A stretch of DNA of 64,000 nt, taken from Dicyema japonicum. Taxonomy: Eukaryota > Animalia > Dicyemida. The stretch is from the NCBI GenBank assembly GCA_011109175.1, contig RDEW01000067.1, positions 1-64,000 on the forward strand, in the 5' to 3' direction. The stretch's first letter is position 1; every line of letters begins with the position of its first letter. Shown here piece by piece: positions 50,570 through 64,000 of this stretch. The position numbers and the translations under genes were made by a program. Below the pieces are notes generated by a model, which saw nothing but the letters and a program-made list of their open reading frames with translations, ran no database searches and was not told the origin of the DNA.

Positions 50570-51700
50570 CGGTAATTTGAGCCGTCCTCACAAATAGAGA
50601 CTTCTGATCACTGAAATGGAAATTCCAAAAACTACTGAAAGATCGAACTATCTACTCTCGGATCCTGACACGCTACAGCAGAGACTTCATCTTTCAAAAC
50701 AATCCTCCGAACCAACTTCTTCCAACATCCTCGATCGTAAAAGAGTTTCCTCAGCTCGTCCCCACTTCTTAGACGTTTGTTCGCGAGCTTTAGATCTCCA
50801 TCAAGTGTTTCAGGTAGTGTAGTACGGCCGCATCCAAGAAAACACGGTTCCTGTCTCATGAAGTAGTCCTCAATTGCTATGTTTGCTGGAGCGGCAAGTC
50901 CATACGCAAGATATTTCCAAATAGCCTCCAGCGCATATCAGCAATTTCGAGACTCAGTGGACCCGTGCAACATCTCTTGTACAGCGATTCCTTTTTATTC
51001 TTGCTGGCCAGTTCAGTCATAGTAGCGATCTAAGTTGTCTTCGATGGAAAGAGTCTAGTCAAGTTGTTCGGTTTTGGACGTTCCCCAGGTCGATGAATTG
51101 TACACTAGAATCGGCTTGACAAAGGCTTCATACAGTCTCAAACGAAGTGATGTGCAGGATCGTCGTTTGCCAATCCACTCTTCAACTTGTTTATCGTTAC
51201 CCAAGCGAGGGCCTTCCTTCTGGCAATATCTTGACTGTCTCCAAGTAAAAAGCCAAGTTTGTTTGTTTTTCGCCATGTTTATTTGATCTGCTTTCCATTC
51301 TACTGATATCCACAATGTCAGTTTTTGCGGTGTTCATTCCAAGGAACCATCGGTTTAGCTAAGCAGGTGCCACCTCGAGGAGTCAAAGTAGGGCCGATTT
51401 GTCTTCTGACATCAACTCGACGTCGTCCGCATAGGAAATTTTGGCGATGTTGCCATCATAGAACTTTCGAAGATCTTGTAATGTCGCCTCCAGATATATG
51501 ACAAATAGCAGGGGAGAGGAAATCTCCCTGGGGAGTACCAACATTGCACGTAAATTCACGTGAAAACGTCTTACCGAGCCGCACTCTGAGCTTCATGTTA
51601 GATAGCAACACTCTGATCACACTGACAGAATCAGGGTCCAAGAATTGTTCCAGTATCCTGAGAAGTAGACCACGGCCGACCGTGTCAAAAGCATAAGAGG
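50570..51700 (-). mobile_element. RTE-clade LINE fragment (second subfamily)
   Basis: AFDTVGR, GTPQGDFLSP, YADDV, RLRLYEAFVKPILVYNSSTWG. Confidence 0.85.
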
Positions 51701-51780
51701 TCTATTCCCAGGAAATATTTATTTAATTAATTTTATTTAACAATTTTTTAAATTTAATTTAAATTTCAAATAGTAAAAAC

Positions 51781-53713
<1,933 letters not shown>

Positions 53714-55447
53714 TTATTTTGTTTTGGACATTTTTAAATTTATTCTGTTTTATTTTAAGTTTATTTCACTTCAGGTAACTTGATGGCTGAAATGTCTTAC
53801 GTGTACTGAGTTTGATACCCCCCGTTGGTTTCTAGGCTGAAGGTTCTCTTGCTATGTTCTCTCCCTTCCGATTAGCTTCCAATATCAAGAAGGATCATTT
53901 ACTCTCCCCCATTTTACTGGATCATTCTTAGACATAAACCTGGGGCGTAGTCACCACTACCGGGCAAACTAATAAATAATTGCTTGGCAAGAGAGATAAT
54001 GTGGGTTACAATTTATGCAGTTCTCTCAGCGAGCAGGTGACCCACATGAAAACCTTTGATCATTATTTGAAGGCGTTCTGAATTAACTTCTCTTGCTTCT
54101 GCGATCATGGTGAGCTTAATCTCACGCTACAGGTGGATGGTCTCGACTAGATATCATCAGAAGATCATCTAATTGCCAGATTCCATAAATCTAATTATTA
54201 CCTGAATCAATGATTGGTATGAGGAAATAGAACAGTAATTGGTTTATATGTAGAAAACTAGTTTATTCAACTACGCTATAATCTCACCAACTACTATCAG
54301 ACACGTGCAGTATCAAGCGGACTTCCCTGTTCAAGTTCTTTTGTGCAGCCATTCGAAAGCCGATTGGTGTTAGTTCTTTTTGACTGTTCACATATACAAC
54401 GATTCTTGAACTTTTTTTTCTCGGAATTTAGAAAAACTTTCAATGGAGCTTAAGTCGTAATTTTAAAATTTATTCTAAATTAATATTTTGCTTAAATTAA
54501 ATCACGGTTGCACAAAAATGGCTCTTTGACTAACAGAGAAGTGGTCTACGAACGAAAGAACTTAATGTCGATACCCTTGGTGGTTCTAATCTGTAGGATT
54601 GACGGAAAATACGTGATCTGAAGAAAACCTAACCCCAACGAGCTTGAATGGGATCGAGGGAGGAGCGTCGAGCCAAGCTAAGAGCCTGGATTAAATTTTT
54701 AAGGATCACTTAGTTTGTTTTTTCATTTTAACGGTGGTCCTGGAATAAATATTTGAGTAACTTGTGACCCAGCATTTAAGTATCCTTAAGGGAGGTTTTG
54801 TGAAATTGGAACCCGAGGAGATCGTTGGGGGCAAAATGTTGGCTTAAAAGCGGGAATTACTAATTTCAAGGTAAGCTGATTATAAAATGAGGAGAGCACG
54901 CTGAAAAAAGGAAATAAAAGGCTGGAAAATATAAACGAAAGGAACTATAATCTGTGACGTCAGAAGAGACCGAAACGAAAGGAAATACCGGGAATAAGCG
55001 TTAGACATTCTCTAAGAGTCACATCACTCTTGATCTCATGATGAACCAAGTGTTTTACAGACAAAAGTTAATTTTTTACCACAAAATATAATTTTCCTGT
55101 AAAGTCCAATGGCCAATTAATCGGAAGGTTTGACACGTGACGTAGAGTTGATGTGCTATGACGTGGTACACATGTGTTCACTCAAGATCGATGTAACCAT
55201 CGGGAGACATCAGATCCTCAAACTTCCTTAAGACTGATGTAACCACAGGGAGACACCATATACGCGACTTTCAGTTATTTGGAAGCATCGATGCACCCAT
55301 GTCTGTATTCGAATGCCATTTGGGGGATAAGAACCGTCGTCGGGAGAACTACCAGTTATTGATTCTCTAGTAATCCACCAATAATAAACTCAAGTCATTC
55401 AAAAAGTACTAATTTATTAGGAAAATCAGTATCCGCATAATATTAAT

Positions 55448-55998
55448 TCAAATAATTTCAAAAAAAACTTCCTGCATATAAAAATTAATCTTAAATAAAG
55501 TCTTTTCGATTTTTCACGGTCAAAAACAGGAGACTGCCTCGATACAGAATGGAGAGGACCGAGAAGATCTAAAATAACGACAAGACCACCGTGAGAGCGA
55601 TTACTTGACCGCGACGTTGTTCCATCAGTGAGACGGAATTTCCGATGATTATAATGAGGAACAACAGGTTAGTAGACATGATGACATTTTGCTAAACTCA
55701 GTCTCAGGCAAACTATAATAAACATCGTTTTCGAGCTGAGTTTTTCATTAAACGAGATCGCATAGCAAATATACAACAACAACGTAGAAACAACAACCCA
55801 CGTGATTAAAACCACGTTGGCATATGATTTGTATGTGCCCACATTAATAGAGACCACGATCCCAAACAGCAGTAGGTCCACGACCTACAAGGAATTGGAA
55901 TCAATACTATAAGTATTATGGACAAAATGGAGTCCATTGAGGATAGATAACTTCTTTTAAACCTGGAATTATTATAACAGCAACCTAAGTTGACCCAT
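55448..55998 (-). CDS. Small four-TM membrane protein (MARVEL-like), 4 micro-introns; not captured by the ORF track
   Basis: Removing GT-AG introns of 22, 23, 22 and 21 nt gives one open frame: MGQLRFKRSYLSSMDSILSIILIVVDLLLFGIVV...YANVVLITWVVVSTLLLYICYAISF...QNVIMSTNLLFLIIIIGNSV...IFSVLSILYRGSLLFL. Confidence 0.7.
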
Positions 55999-56099
55999 AA
56001 AAATAAAATTTAGGATTCTTTATATTTGTAAATTTTATTGACATTTTTTTTAAATTTATAAATTATTTTTATTTAAATTAAATTAAGTAATCATGTCGC

Positions 56100-56810
56100 A
56101 TTTTTCATTAAAATATAGGCGCATTAAGAAATCGTATTATCGCCGCTCAATCCTCGTAGCTGACGCTATCTAATCACACTTAGCTCTCCACACATGTTAA
56201 AGGCTTTCACTCTCTTCTTGAAGGAATCCATTAGGAACTGGTTTAATGCATTTCTGCAAAAACTAGGAAACACATTGGCAAGATTGCTCACACAGGGGAA
56301 CGCCGATCGGTCATAAAGAAGGACACTCCGACCGATTTTCCTTGTAGGAATTCGTGGAGGCTCTACCGTTCTGCTGTGAACACTGGAAGACAACGGCAAG
56401 AAGAGCGGGAACATTTTATTAGTTTTTTAACATCTGATGCTAGTGGCTGGGATCTCATACTATAACATTGTCCTTTGTCCAATTTCCCTCGCTGGTTACT
56501 TGCTTGAAGATTTCTCTTCTCTCATTTTTCTGGATCCATCTATTTCGTGATCCACCTAATTCGACTGACGACCAGTGTCACGAAAAAGAATTATCCACTA
56601 TACCCACTCTACTGGAAGAGTTCCCAAACTGGAAGTCTACTTTCCTTTCCATTAGTCTTGGATGGACTTGTACTAAAAGATCTCTTTGCTTCCGAAACCG
56701 TGGAAATCGGAAATATTTCTCTGTGTACACTTCCGGAGACAGTGAAAATCGCTAATGAGTGACTCAGAACAGTGCGGAAATTATTAGCTGGGATCACTTA
56801 TTCAGAAGTA
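56100..56810. mobile_element. LINE 3' fragments: CR1/L2-like (-, 56100-56420) and Vingi-like (+, 56430-56810)
   Basis: N..P......MDSFKKRV-type C-terminus; GGGATCACTTA at 56790. Confidence 0.5.
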
Positions 56811-57347
56811 CATCATCTTCGACATTGTAATTTGACTAAGAAAAAATCAAAAAAAACTTTTAGCTTTCAATTTTAAAATATTTTTACCATATTTCGACTA
56901 TAATCGCTCACTCGTGTAATTTTTTTAAACTAAAAAGCCATGTAGACAATTCTAAACCACGTGTACACTTAAGTTAGTAACTATTAACACTTTCTCAGTA
57001 TATCCGGGTAAATGATTATAACTTTATTAACAATAAAATATTATTTATTAACTATGGGAAAAGCGGCTGCCTGACATCACGGAGTAACGTTTCCGCACAA
57101 CTGCGATCCAAATTCGTGCCTCAGAATATAACAGATATAATAAAAATTAATGAGTCCTATGAGTAAATGGAAGTGACAAGGTCCTCGACGTCTTTAGGTA
57201 TAAAAGTCATCTTTTTTAAATTATATAAAAATTGATTTTAACGGGTCCTAAAGGTAAGTTGTACTTTTTACCAAGGTCCTCGACATCTTTAGGTATAAAA
57301 GTCATTTTTTTAAATCTTTTGAATAATTTAACTAACTAAGTGATTGC

Positions 57348-59030
57348 ATGCCGTTTATCGTTGACCAAAGGGAAATATAAGTTTAGAACATGATGGAAAT
57401 CTGTACCATTTAAAATACAGGAAGGGAAAAAAGCACATATTGGAGGTGCTCAGATCGTACTTGTCCTAAATCTGTAAAAAAGATTCAATCGAGTAATGAT
57501 GTTTGGAGTCTGAAGCAACATAATAATCTTCCAATGAGTAAATTTGTCAAGAGAGCCTTAATACGGGAGGACATAACACAGAAATCACTCTTGTGTGATA
57601 TGGGTCCTAGACATATAATAATTCTCTGCTAAAATTTGACTACTATTGCTTTGACAAGGACTCATTCTTCTCTGGAACAACTAATTAATAAAACAAGAAA
57701 AAGTATCCCACACGAAAGTGATGATTCAGTTCTTAATATTGAGGAGAATTTAATGTATACCTTACGAGGGCATAGATTCCATCAGTTTGGACACAATTTC
57801 CGCCAAAATATTGATATATTAATGATTAACTTTTCAGATGTTGAGACAAATATGGTTATTTTTTAATTCTGAAATGACGACACCATTAAAAATCATAAAT
57901 ATAGTCTATTGGTGGGACTTTTTCTGTCTGCCATCTTCCTTGGAAGCAGTTATTCATCATATCGGTGATAATTAATCACCATGTAATTCCGATAATATTC
58001 TGCCTTTCAACATCAAAAACTGAAAATGAATATGACACAATGCTTCTAATAATTAAACGTCTCATTCCGGATTTAGAACCAAGAGTTATTGTCTCAGATT
58101 TTGAAAAAGGAGCAATAAACTCTTTTCAAAAGTCATTTCCAAACGCACGGATAAATTGCGCATGTTTCATCCAAAACAAAATATTAATGAAAAATATTGG
58201 AATTAGGAATTTTCAACGACATAAATATTATTAATTATTAAAAAGGAATCCCGAGAAAACATAAAATTAGTTAAGTTTCCCTTGTGCCGTATTCCGAACC
58301 ATTTTCTCCGTTAGCTACGACCATGATCTGTTGCGCACTAGTTCTCTTAGGTAGTCCAGGTCGTCCGCCATTTCCATTATAATATCAGGTGCTGTCCACA
58401 CCCTTGTAACGTAGTGAATCAGGTTATGATGGACTGCAAATCCGGGACCATAATGTCAGCAGGCCGACGGGACAATAAAAAGGTGGAATTTTCCAAACAG
58501 TTCTGTACATTGTACGGTCGTTTTTGTCTCTTTGACAGCAGACAGAGACGTCATATTAGATTGCATACCAGTTGGTGTTTCTTGTAAGGTTGATCAAGTC
58601 CTCTGCAATTGAAAGATCCCAAAGTGAACGGAGAAGTCGGTAAGGAATACAAATAAGACATAGTGCAATAGAAGTGTCGTCACCACCTCAAAAGGTTAAA
58701 TACATAAATAATGAAGACATAAATAGGTTAAATGTGATTCAAAATTATCGATAGATTTGTAAAACTCTTGAAATGCCTCTCCTTTTTCCTACACATACTG
58801 TAAAGAACACTTTTGATTGGATAGAGTCGAGATCAGATTTTCCTGCGATTATAAATCCATCATGTCGATAGATCAATTATATCGGAAATCTAGAAAATGG
58901 ATTAATTCCAAGATTTCCAATTAATCATTGGAATAATCTGGATAATCTATATGTGGACTTACCACAGACAAATAACTCCATTGAAGGCTGGCATAACGTT
59001 TTTATAAGTATTTTGGGACACTAAACAAGA
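57348..59030 (+). mobile_element. FLYWCH-MULE transposase pseudogene, interrupted at 58235-58690
   Basis: HDGNLYH..STYWRCSDRTC (FLYWCH); GTF..LPWKQLFII..VIPIIFCLSTSKTENEY..VIVSDFEKGAINSF..FPNA (MULE DDE); TNNSIEGWHN. Confidence 0.85.
58235..58690 (-). mobile_element. Second copy of the bipartite non-autonomous LINE derivative
   Basis: Aligns end-to-end with 7741-8215. Confidence 0.8.
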
Positions 59031-59198
59031 CGCCATGAAATTTTGTAAAAAATTGACAAAATGGAAAAAAAATTATTAGAAAAACTAAATTATTGTTCGA
59101 ACTGAGAACCATCAGGCATTAGCCCCGCAAATTTTGACTAATTAAAAATCATACTACTTTGTATAAACAAAAAGTAATAAATATAAGATATACAATAT

Positions 59199-60940
59199 TT
59201 AGAATCCATCATAATCATTTCCAACCTCTGCCGCCCAGTCATCATCTACTGTATTAGCCAATCAATACCATCATTGAAGCACTCTTCAATGTCCTCACAT
59301 TTAACTTCACTCTTCACTCCACCCTTCACTCCACTCAGAACAGGCATATCGTTAAGAGTGGGGTATTCCTCATCATTCTCCTTTATCACCTTCGGCAGAG
59401 TAAACTTTTCTAGTCCCTCAATACATGACATTGGCAGTCTCTTTCTACGCACAGCCTCCTGAATAGCTTGTCGAGTGGTTTCAAAACTCATCTCAGATAT
59501 TGGCTAACAAATAACAAATGGGGGTAACAATATTCCTCTTAGTATTATTCTTCCTCTTCCTTCTTGAGTTAACTCCCACACTATTAGCCAGTTTAGTCCG
59601 TTCTCTTTCCTCCCGTTTCCCTGATTATAACAAAAATCAATACTCGCCAATTCCTCAACAAAATCAGCATACTCCAAGTCCCACATTTCTTGCTTAACCT
59701 CTACTTCCCCCGGGGAGTTCATGATTTCCTCAATTTCCTCATCGTCAACATCCTCCAAGTTGAACTCAGCTTCCTCTACTTTCTGTTTAATGAGGGGTTT
59801 AAAGGACATTAGTTCCTCAACCGACTCATTCAGTCCGAGATCTGACGTCTTAAGAGTTGGTGTTGATTGGTCACTGGGGGACCAGTCTTTAAAACCCTCT
59901 TCTTGAATCAGCTGATCTAGTTGGGCGCCAATTTCCATGACATCACAGGAGATCTTGAACATTTTATCGCTTTTTTCCTTATCCCGAGTCTTGAACTGCG
60001 GAATCGTTGCATTTATTGAAGAATTGAGCTCCCCCTCCTTGATTTCTGGACAATTCTTGAACTGTTCAACAGTCCAGTCGCCAAAGTCGGTCTCCTTGAA
60101 CTCACAAAGGCGCTTCTCAACAGTTTCTGGCCTAATTCCGATGATTCGGGCCATATCCGCGTAACTTCTGTGGATTCCGTGGATTCGGCAGGCAACCAAA
60201 AGGGCGGCAGCACAAAGTCCTGCTGGTTTTCTTCCCACGGCGATCCAGTTGACTTGCATAGCTCGGATAATCTTCACGGCAGAGGTGGTCACCAACCATA
60301 AATTGGCCCCAACTCTCATTTGTTCCGCAAATCTCGTACAATAGATCGATGGGTCGTCAACAGGGAAAGTCAAGCACTCATATTTGGTCAGCATCAGTAA
60401 AAGTCGATATAACCCATTGATATCTGTCCTCAGTAGCTCAGAAAAGTCCAATAACATATCTAGAATGAGGAATCAGTTGTTACGCGGAGTTTTGAAGGTC
60501 CTGCATGAAATGTAGAGACAAATAGAAACAAAGTGGTTCAGTTTACGTCCCTTAGTGTACCCTTTCTTTGAAAATTCATCAAATTTCTTCATTGCGTAAT
60601 TCTCCACTTGTGATGAAATATGCAGTTTGTGGGAGACAGCCCCAGCCATCGCCTTGACTTTGTAAAGTGACTTTTCGCGGGCAATCTCCCGTGTTGATAT
60701 AAGACGTCCTAGCGTTCCCGTGGCACCTGTGTCACCTGAGGGATTATGATTTGAAGCCATACCGTGTTTGGAAATGGTCTTTCCAAGAGCAACAGTTCGA
60801 CCTGAGGATAGCTCAACAAACTCAACTTCCTGGGCAACAACGGTGTGACTGAGAACACAGCCACACGTAACACACGTGGTGATCCCAGCACTGTTGGAGG
60901 TCTCGATTTCGTCGCTTCCACATTCGGGGCAATTAGTCAT
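59199..60940 (-). CDS. BRF1: TFIIIB subunit BRF1 (TFIIB-related factor), 4 or more micro-introns
   Basis: Zn ribbon CPECG..CVTCG, cyclin repeats (GRKLNHFVSICLYISCR..PHMLLDFS; DPSIY; WIAVGRKPAGLCAAALLVACR) and Brf homology block (LEDVDDEEIE). Introns of 24, 23, 25 and 20 nt restore one frame with no indels. Confidence 0.95.
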
Positions 60941-61164
60941 AACAGACAACACTAGACAACTATGTTTTAAAAATTTTGTTTATTATTAATATTATCAATT
61001 ATATAAAAATTAATTTTTTTATTTTACTAAATCAACAAAAAGACGACTATTTATTAACAGTTCGTCAAATGACAGGATAATCGCTTTCATTTCAACAAAT
61101 GTGTCGTCCCAGATTAGTCGTCCAATCACATGCAAAGTAAATTAACGAGAATTGATCTTCGATG

Positions 61165-61240
61165 AAAAGTACACCTATGAGATTCGAACCCACGTCGATT
61201 AATCAAGATGACATCGGGCAATACATTCAGCCATGAAATC
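61165..61240 (-). other. Degenerate tRNA-like or SINE head
   Basis: TGGCTGAATG A-box-like and GGGTTCGAATCTC B-box; no full cloverleaf. Confidence 0.35.
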
Positions 61241-61965
61241 AACTCATTTGCTGCAAATTTTTATTATGAAATTTCTTTCGCCTAATGAATCGATTTCTGC
61301 AATGATGGAAGTGGAAGAGGGTTAACCTACTTATCCATCTTTCTTCGGATGTCTGTAATGGACTGTTATATGACGATTTTGTACGGAAAAGCTGACTCTC
61401 TTCCTTTGATTAAATAATTGTGACTGTTTGTTCTGGCTACCATAGATTGTAAGCTGGGGTTATTAAATGAATTCGTTAAACTTAAGGTGAGGAAAAATTG
61501 TAGAAGCACCCACCACTCTCAGTCCGACGCTTGATAGCAGTCTCCCTCCTACATGTTAGCAAAGTTGGTTAAGTAACAAAAGTTAAAGGAAGGAAGTAAT
61601 ATGATCAACTCGAACTATCTTTGTTGAGCCAAAAACGCTAACTTTCTTTCCATTTACCAAAATTCCAATCATTAATTCTTTTTTTGAAAAGCAATGGCTA
61701 AAAACTAAACGTTTTCTTTCCTTTCCGTTGATTCTAGATTAACTTGATGACATCAAAAGGTCTCTGCTTCTGCGATCGGAAGAACTCACCACGTTATCTA
61801 TTAATTTCTTCCTCCATGTATTAATAAATTGTTATATATCTTTTTTTTCCTCCCTCTTTTTCAAAAAAAGTTTCATTTTATCGCTTTGTACCTCCTAGAG
61901 AAACTATTTCAAAAAGCTACTCAACCAACATCAGTTAGTAAAATAAAAGTACAAAATCCACAAAA

Positions 61966-64000
61966 TCAGTTAACATTTAAATAATAGCAATAATTATAGT
62001 CACGTGTTATGCTATATGAAGTGAATCCATCCTTCCCAATATTAAAAAGTAATAATGCCTCATCAACAGTCATAGTCTTTAACCGGGAGAGAGGTACCAG
62101 AACCTTTTTCACGTAACTTCCATTCAACTAACATTAGAAAGAAAACCTACTAAAAATTTAAGGTAAATTTCAAAATCGTCGTCAACTTCAGGGAATGACT
62201 CAAAGAAGACAGATCGCCTTGTCTAAAGATAAATCAAAATGAGAAACTTTTCCTTCCTAAAAGTTAACAAATAAGGAACCTCCATATCCTTGGTAAAGGT
62301 AGACCAGAGTTCAGAGGCAAACATAGGAACCAGTGGGGAGATCAAAATCAACAAATCTTTCAAAGCCCTCCTTCCCTCATCAGATAACAAATCAGCCTCA
62401 GATAGAGTCTACAGCTAAGCTCAATAACGTACATTAAGAAAGGTCACAAATCGATGCATTCTGGAAATGGCCACACTAATCATAAAATCCCCGAAATAGT
62501 GATAGGAGACCTTCAAAAACACCAGCCGAGTACCTCACTCACGAAACGGTTTCTTGTTTTTCGAATATAATGAGAGTTCGAACAGGATGGACTAGCATTT
62601 TGTTGATTTTTGACGAAGAAACTGACCAGATTCCACAGACGACGTTGAAAGTTTAAGACTCCCTTAAAATCATCCTCATTCCAGTTCCTGTGAGATTGAG
62701 GAGAAGATCCAGACAAAATACACAACCTAGTAGAATCAACACCGTATTTGTCCACACATTCCTGGTTATATAAATCTCTCAAATACCATGGGACTGACTC
62801 CGTTGTACTTAGATTTGCTCATCTTCTCCCACGAGACTTCGACTTTCTGTCCCAGGGAAAAATAAGAATTCGTTTGGGAGTCCCAAGTTACCTCATTAGG
62901 CTTCAGATAAGCTCCGTTGAGTTTGAAGGTTCGTCCCATGACCATTCCCTGTGTCAGAAGCTTCTTGAAGGGTTCTCTATGAGAAATGAGTCCGCAATCG
63001 TTCAGAAAATGAGAAAAAAACCTAGCATACATTAAATGAAGGACTGCTAAATATAAAGTTCCCATTTATGACCAAACCATGCTCTTTTCCCCCAATATAG
63101 ATGTCCACAGGCATCAATTTATTCACCTTCTCGGAGCAGAATGGTTCTGTAGCGTTATTAGAGTCCAAAAATCTCCAGAAATACCAGGACGAGTCAATAA
63201 AAGTGTCCATGGTGTCTTTTTCCCGTTTAGCCTGTCTCCCACACCAAAAATAATGACATCTCCAACTTTGGGCAGTTGACTGCCAGAGGTTCGCCTTTAA
63301 AGGGGAGACGCACAGGAAGATCAGAATAAGGAACAGGAATTGATCCACATGAACCACAGTGTACGATAGGAATTGGAGTTCCCCAAGCACGCTGTCTAGA
63401 AATAAGCCAATCCTTCAGTCGGTGTCCTTCAAAAGGTAGCTAGGCAGGTGGATAGAACGATTACTTCCTCAGTCCAGTTTATAGAGTCCAATTTATGGGC
63501 AGCGGCAAACTCGGCATCTTTGAGATTCGAAAAGGGCGTCCCTAAGTTATGACAACCAGCCAACCTAATCTCGCGGGGGTTCCAGAGTTCAGCCTTTTGT
63601 AAAAGACGGGGATTGGCTTTACAAGAAGAGGATGTGTGGCGTGGGAGTTTATAGCAGAGTCAAACAGGTCGGAGTTCATCATAATTAATAATAAAAACAA
63701 GCTCTAAGTGAGAAACAGGCTGTTGGTTGTGCAAAGTGAGGGAGACCTTGTATGGCTTGGTGGACAACTGAAATTCAGTCTCAATGCTTTTCCCGATCCA
63801 GTTTTTCTGTAAAGGGACGATATCTCTCCAGAAATGGGGGTCGACGGTATCTAATCCTTCATATAGGCTCTTCTAGTGAGCACAATAGCTACATGGCCAT
63901 ATTCGGTGGTCCGAATAAACCACTGACATAATGGTTTCTTCTCCACGATAGCCCCTGAACGCCAGGAAGTCCCATCTTCTGCAACCTGTTCATCCGCCAA
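61966..64000 (-). CDS. LARS2: Mitochondrial/bacterial-type leucyl-tRNA synthetase, 3' part (5' end outside window), about 10 micro-introns
   Basis: [98 protein letters not shown]. Confidence 0.95.

Noticed and set aside
57105-57120. U6 snRNA fragment (CAAATTCGTG)
   Set aside because: Only a 10-nt match, not conserved in the homologous module at 26510, and no ACAGAGA box.
63600-63845. Frameshifts in LARS2 at the C-runs near 63608 and 63838
   Set aside because: On recount both runs have the length needed for an open frame.

Overview
Eukaryotic, AT-rich nuclear DNA from a draft assembly (one 470-N gap, six single-N joins). There is no prokaryotic organisation, CRISPR array or rRNA. Host genes are very compact and split by 20-31 nt GT-AG micro-introns, which the ORF track mostly misses: FEN1 (-), cytosolic lysyl-tRNA synthetase (+), a four-TM MARVEL-like gene (-), BRF1 (-), mitochondrial-type leucyl-tRNA synthetase (-, runs off the window), and two disrupted SLC16/MCT-like transporter copies. 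This architecture suggests a reduced parasitic animal such as a myxozoan or dicyemid (inference only). Most of the rest is decayed, nested transposons: Ingi/Vingi-like LINEs (one with a 2A-like peptide), RTE, CRE-type and R4-type RLE retrotransposons, a tRNA-derived SINE family, three hAT families, a FLYWCH-MULE, and pogo and Tc1 remnants. Target-site duplications (TSDs) reconstruct a nested history. A 22.4-kb Buster-type TIR/TSD-bounded unit (4305-26741) contains a 6-kb block (8529-14501) that has a 15-bp TSD, ends in a LINE tail and duplicates the intron-containing MCT locus found at 41.9-48.2 kb. The same unit contains a second hAT with a nested CRE element encoding an N-terminal PHD finger. 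All translations, alignments and identities were done by eye and need computational confirmation.
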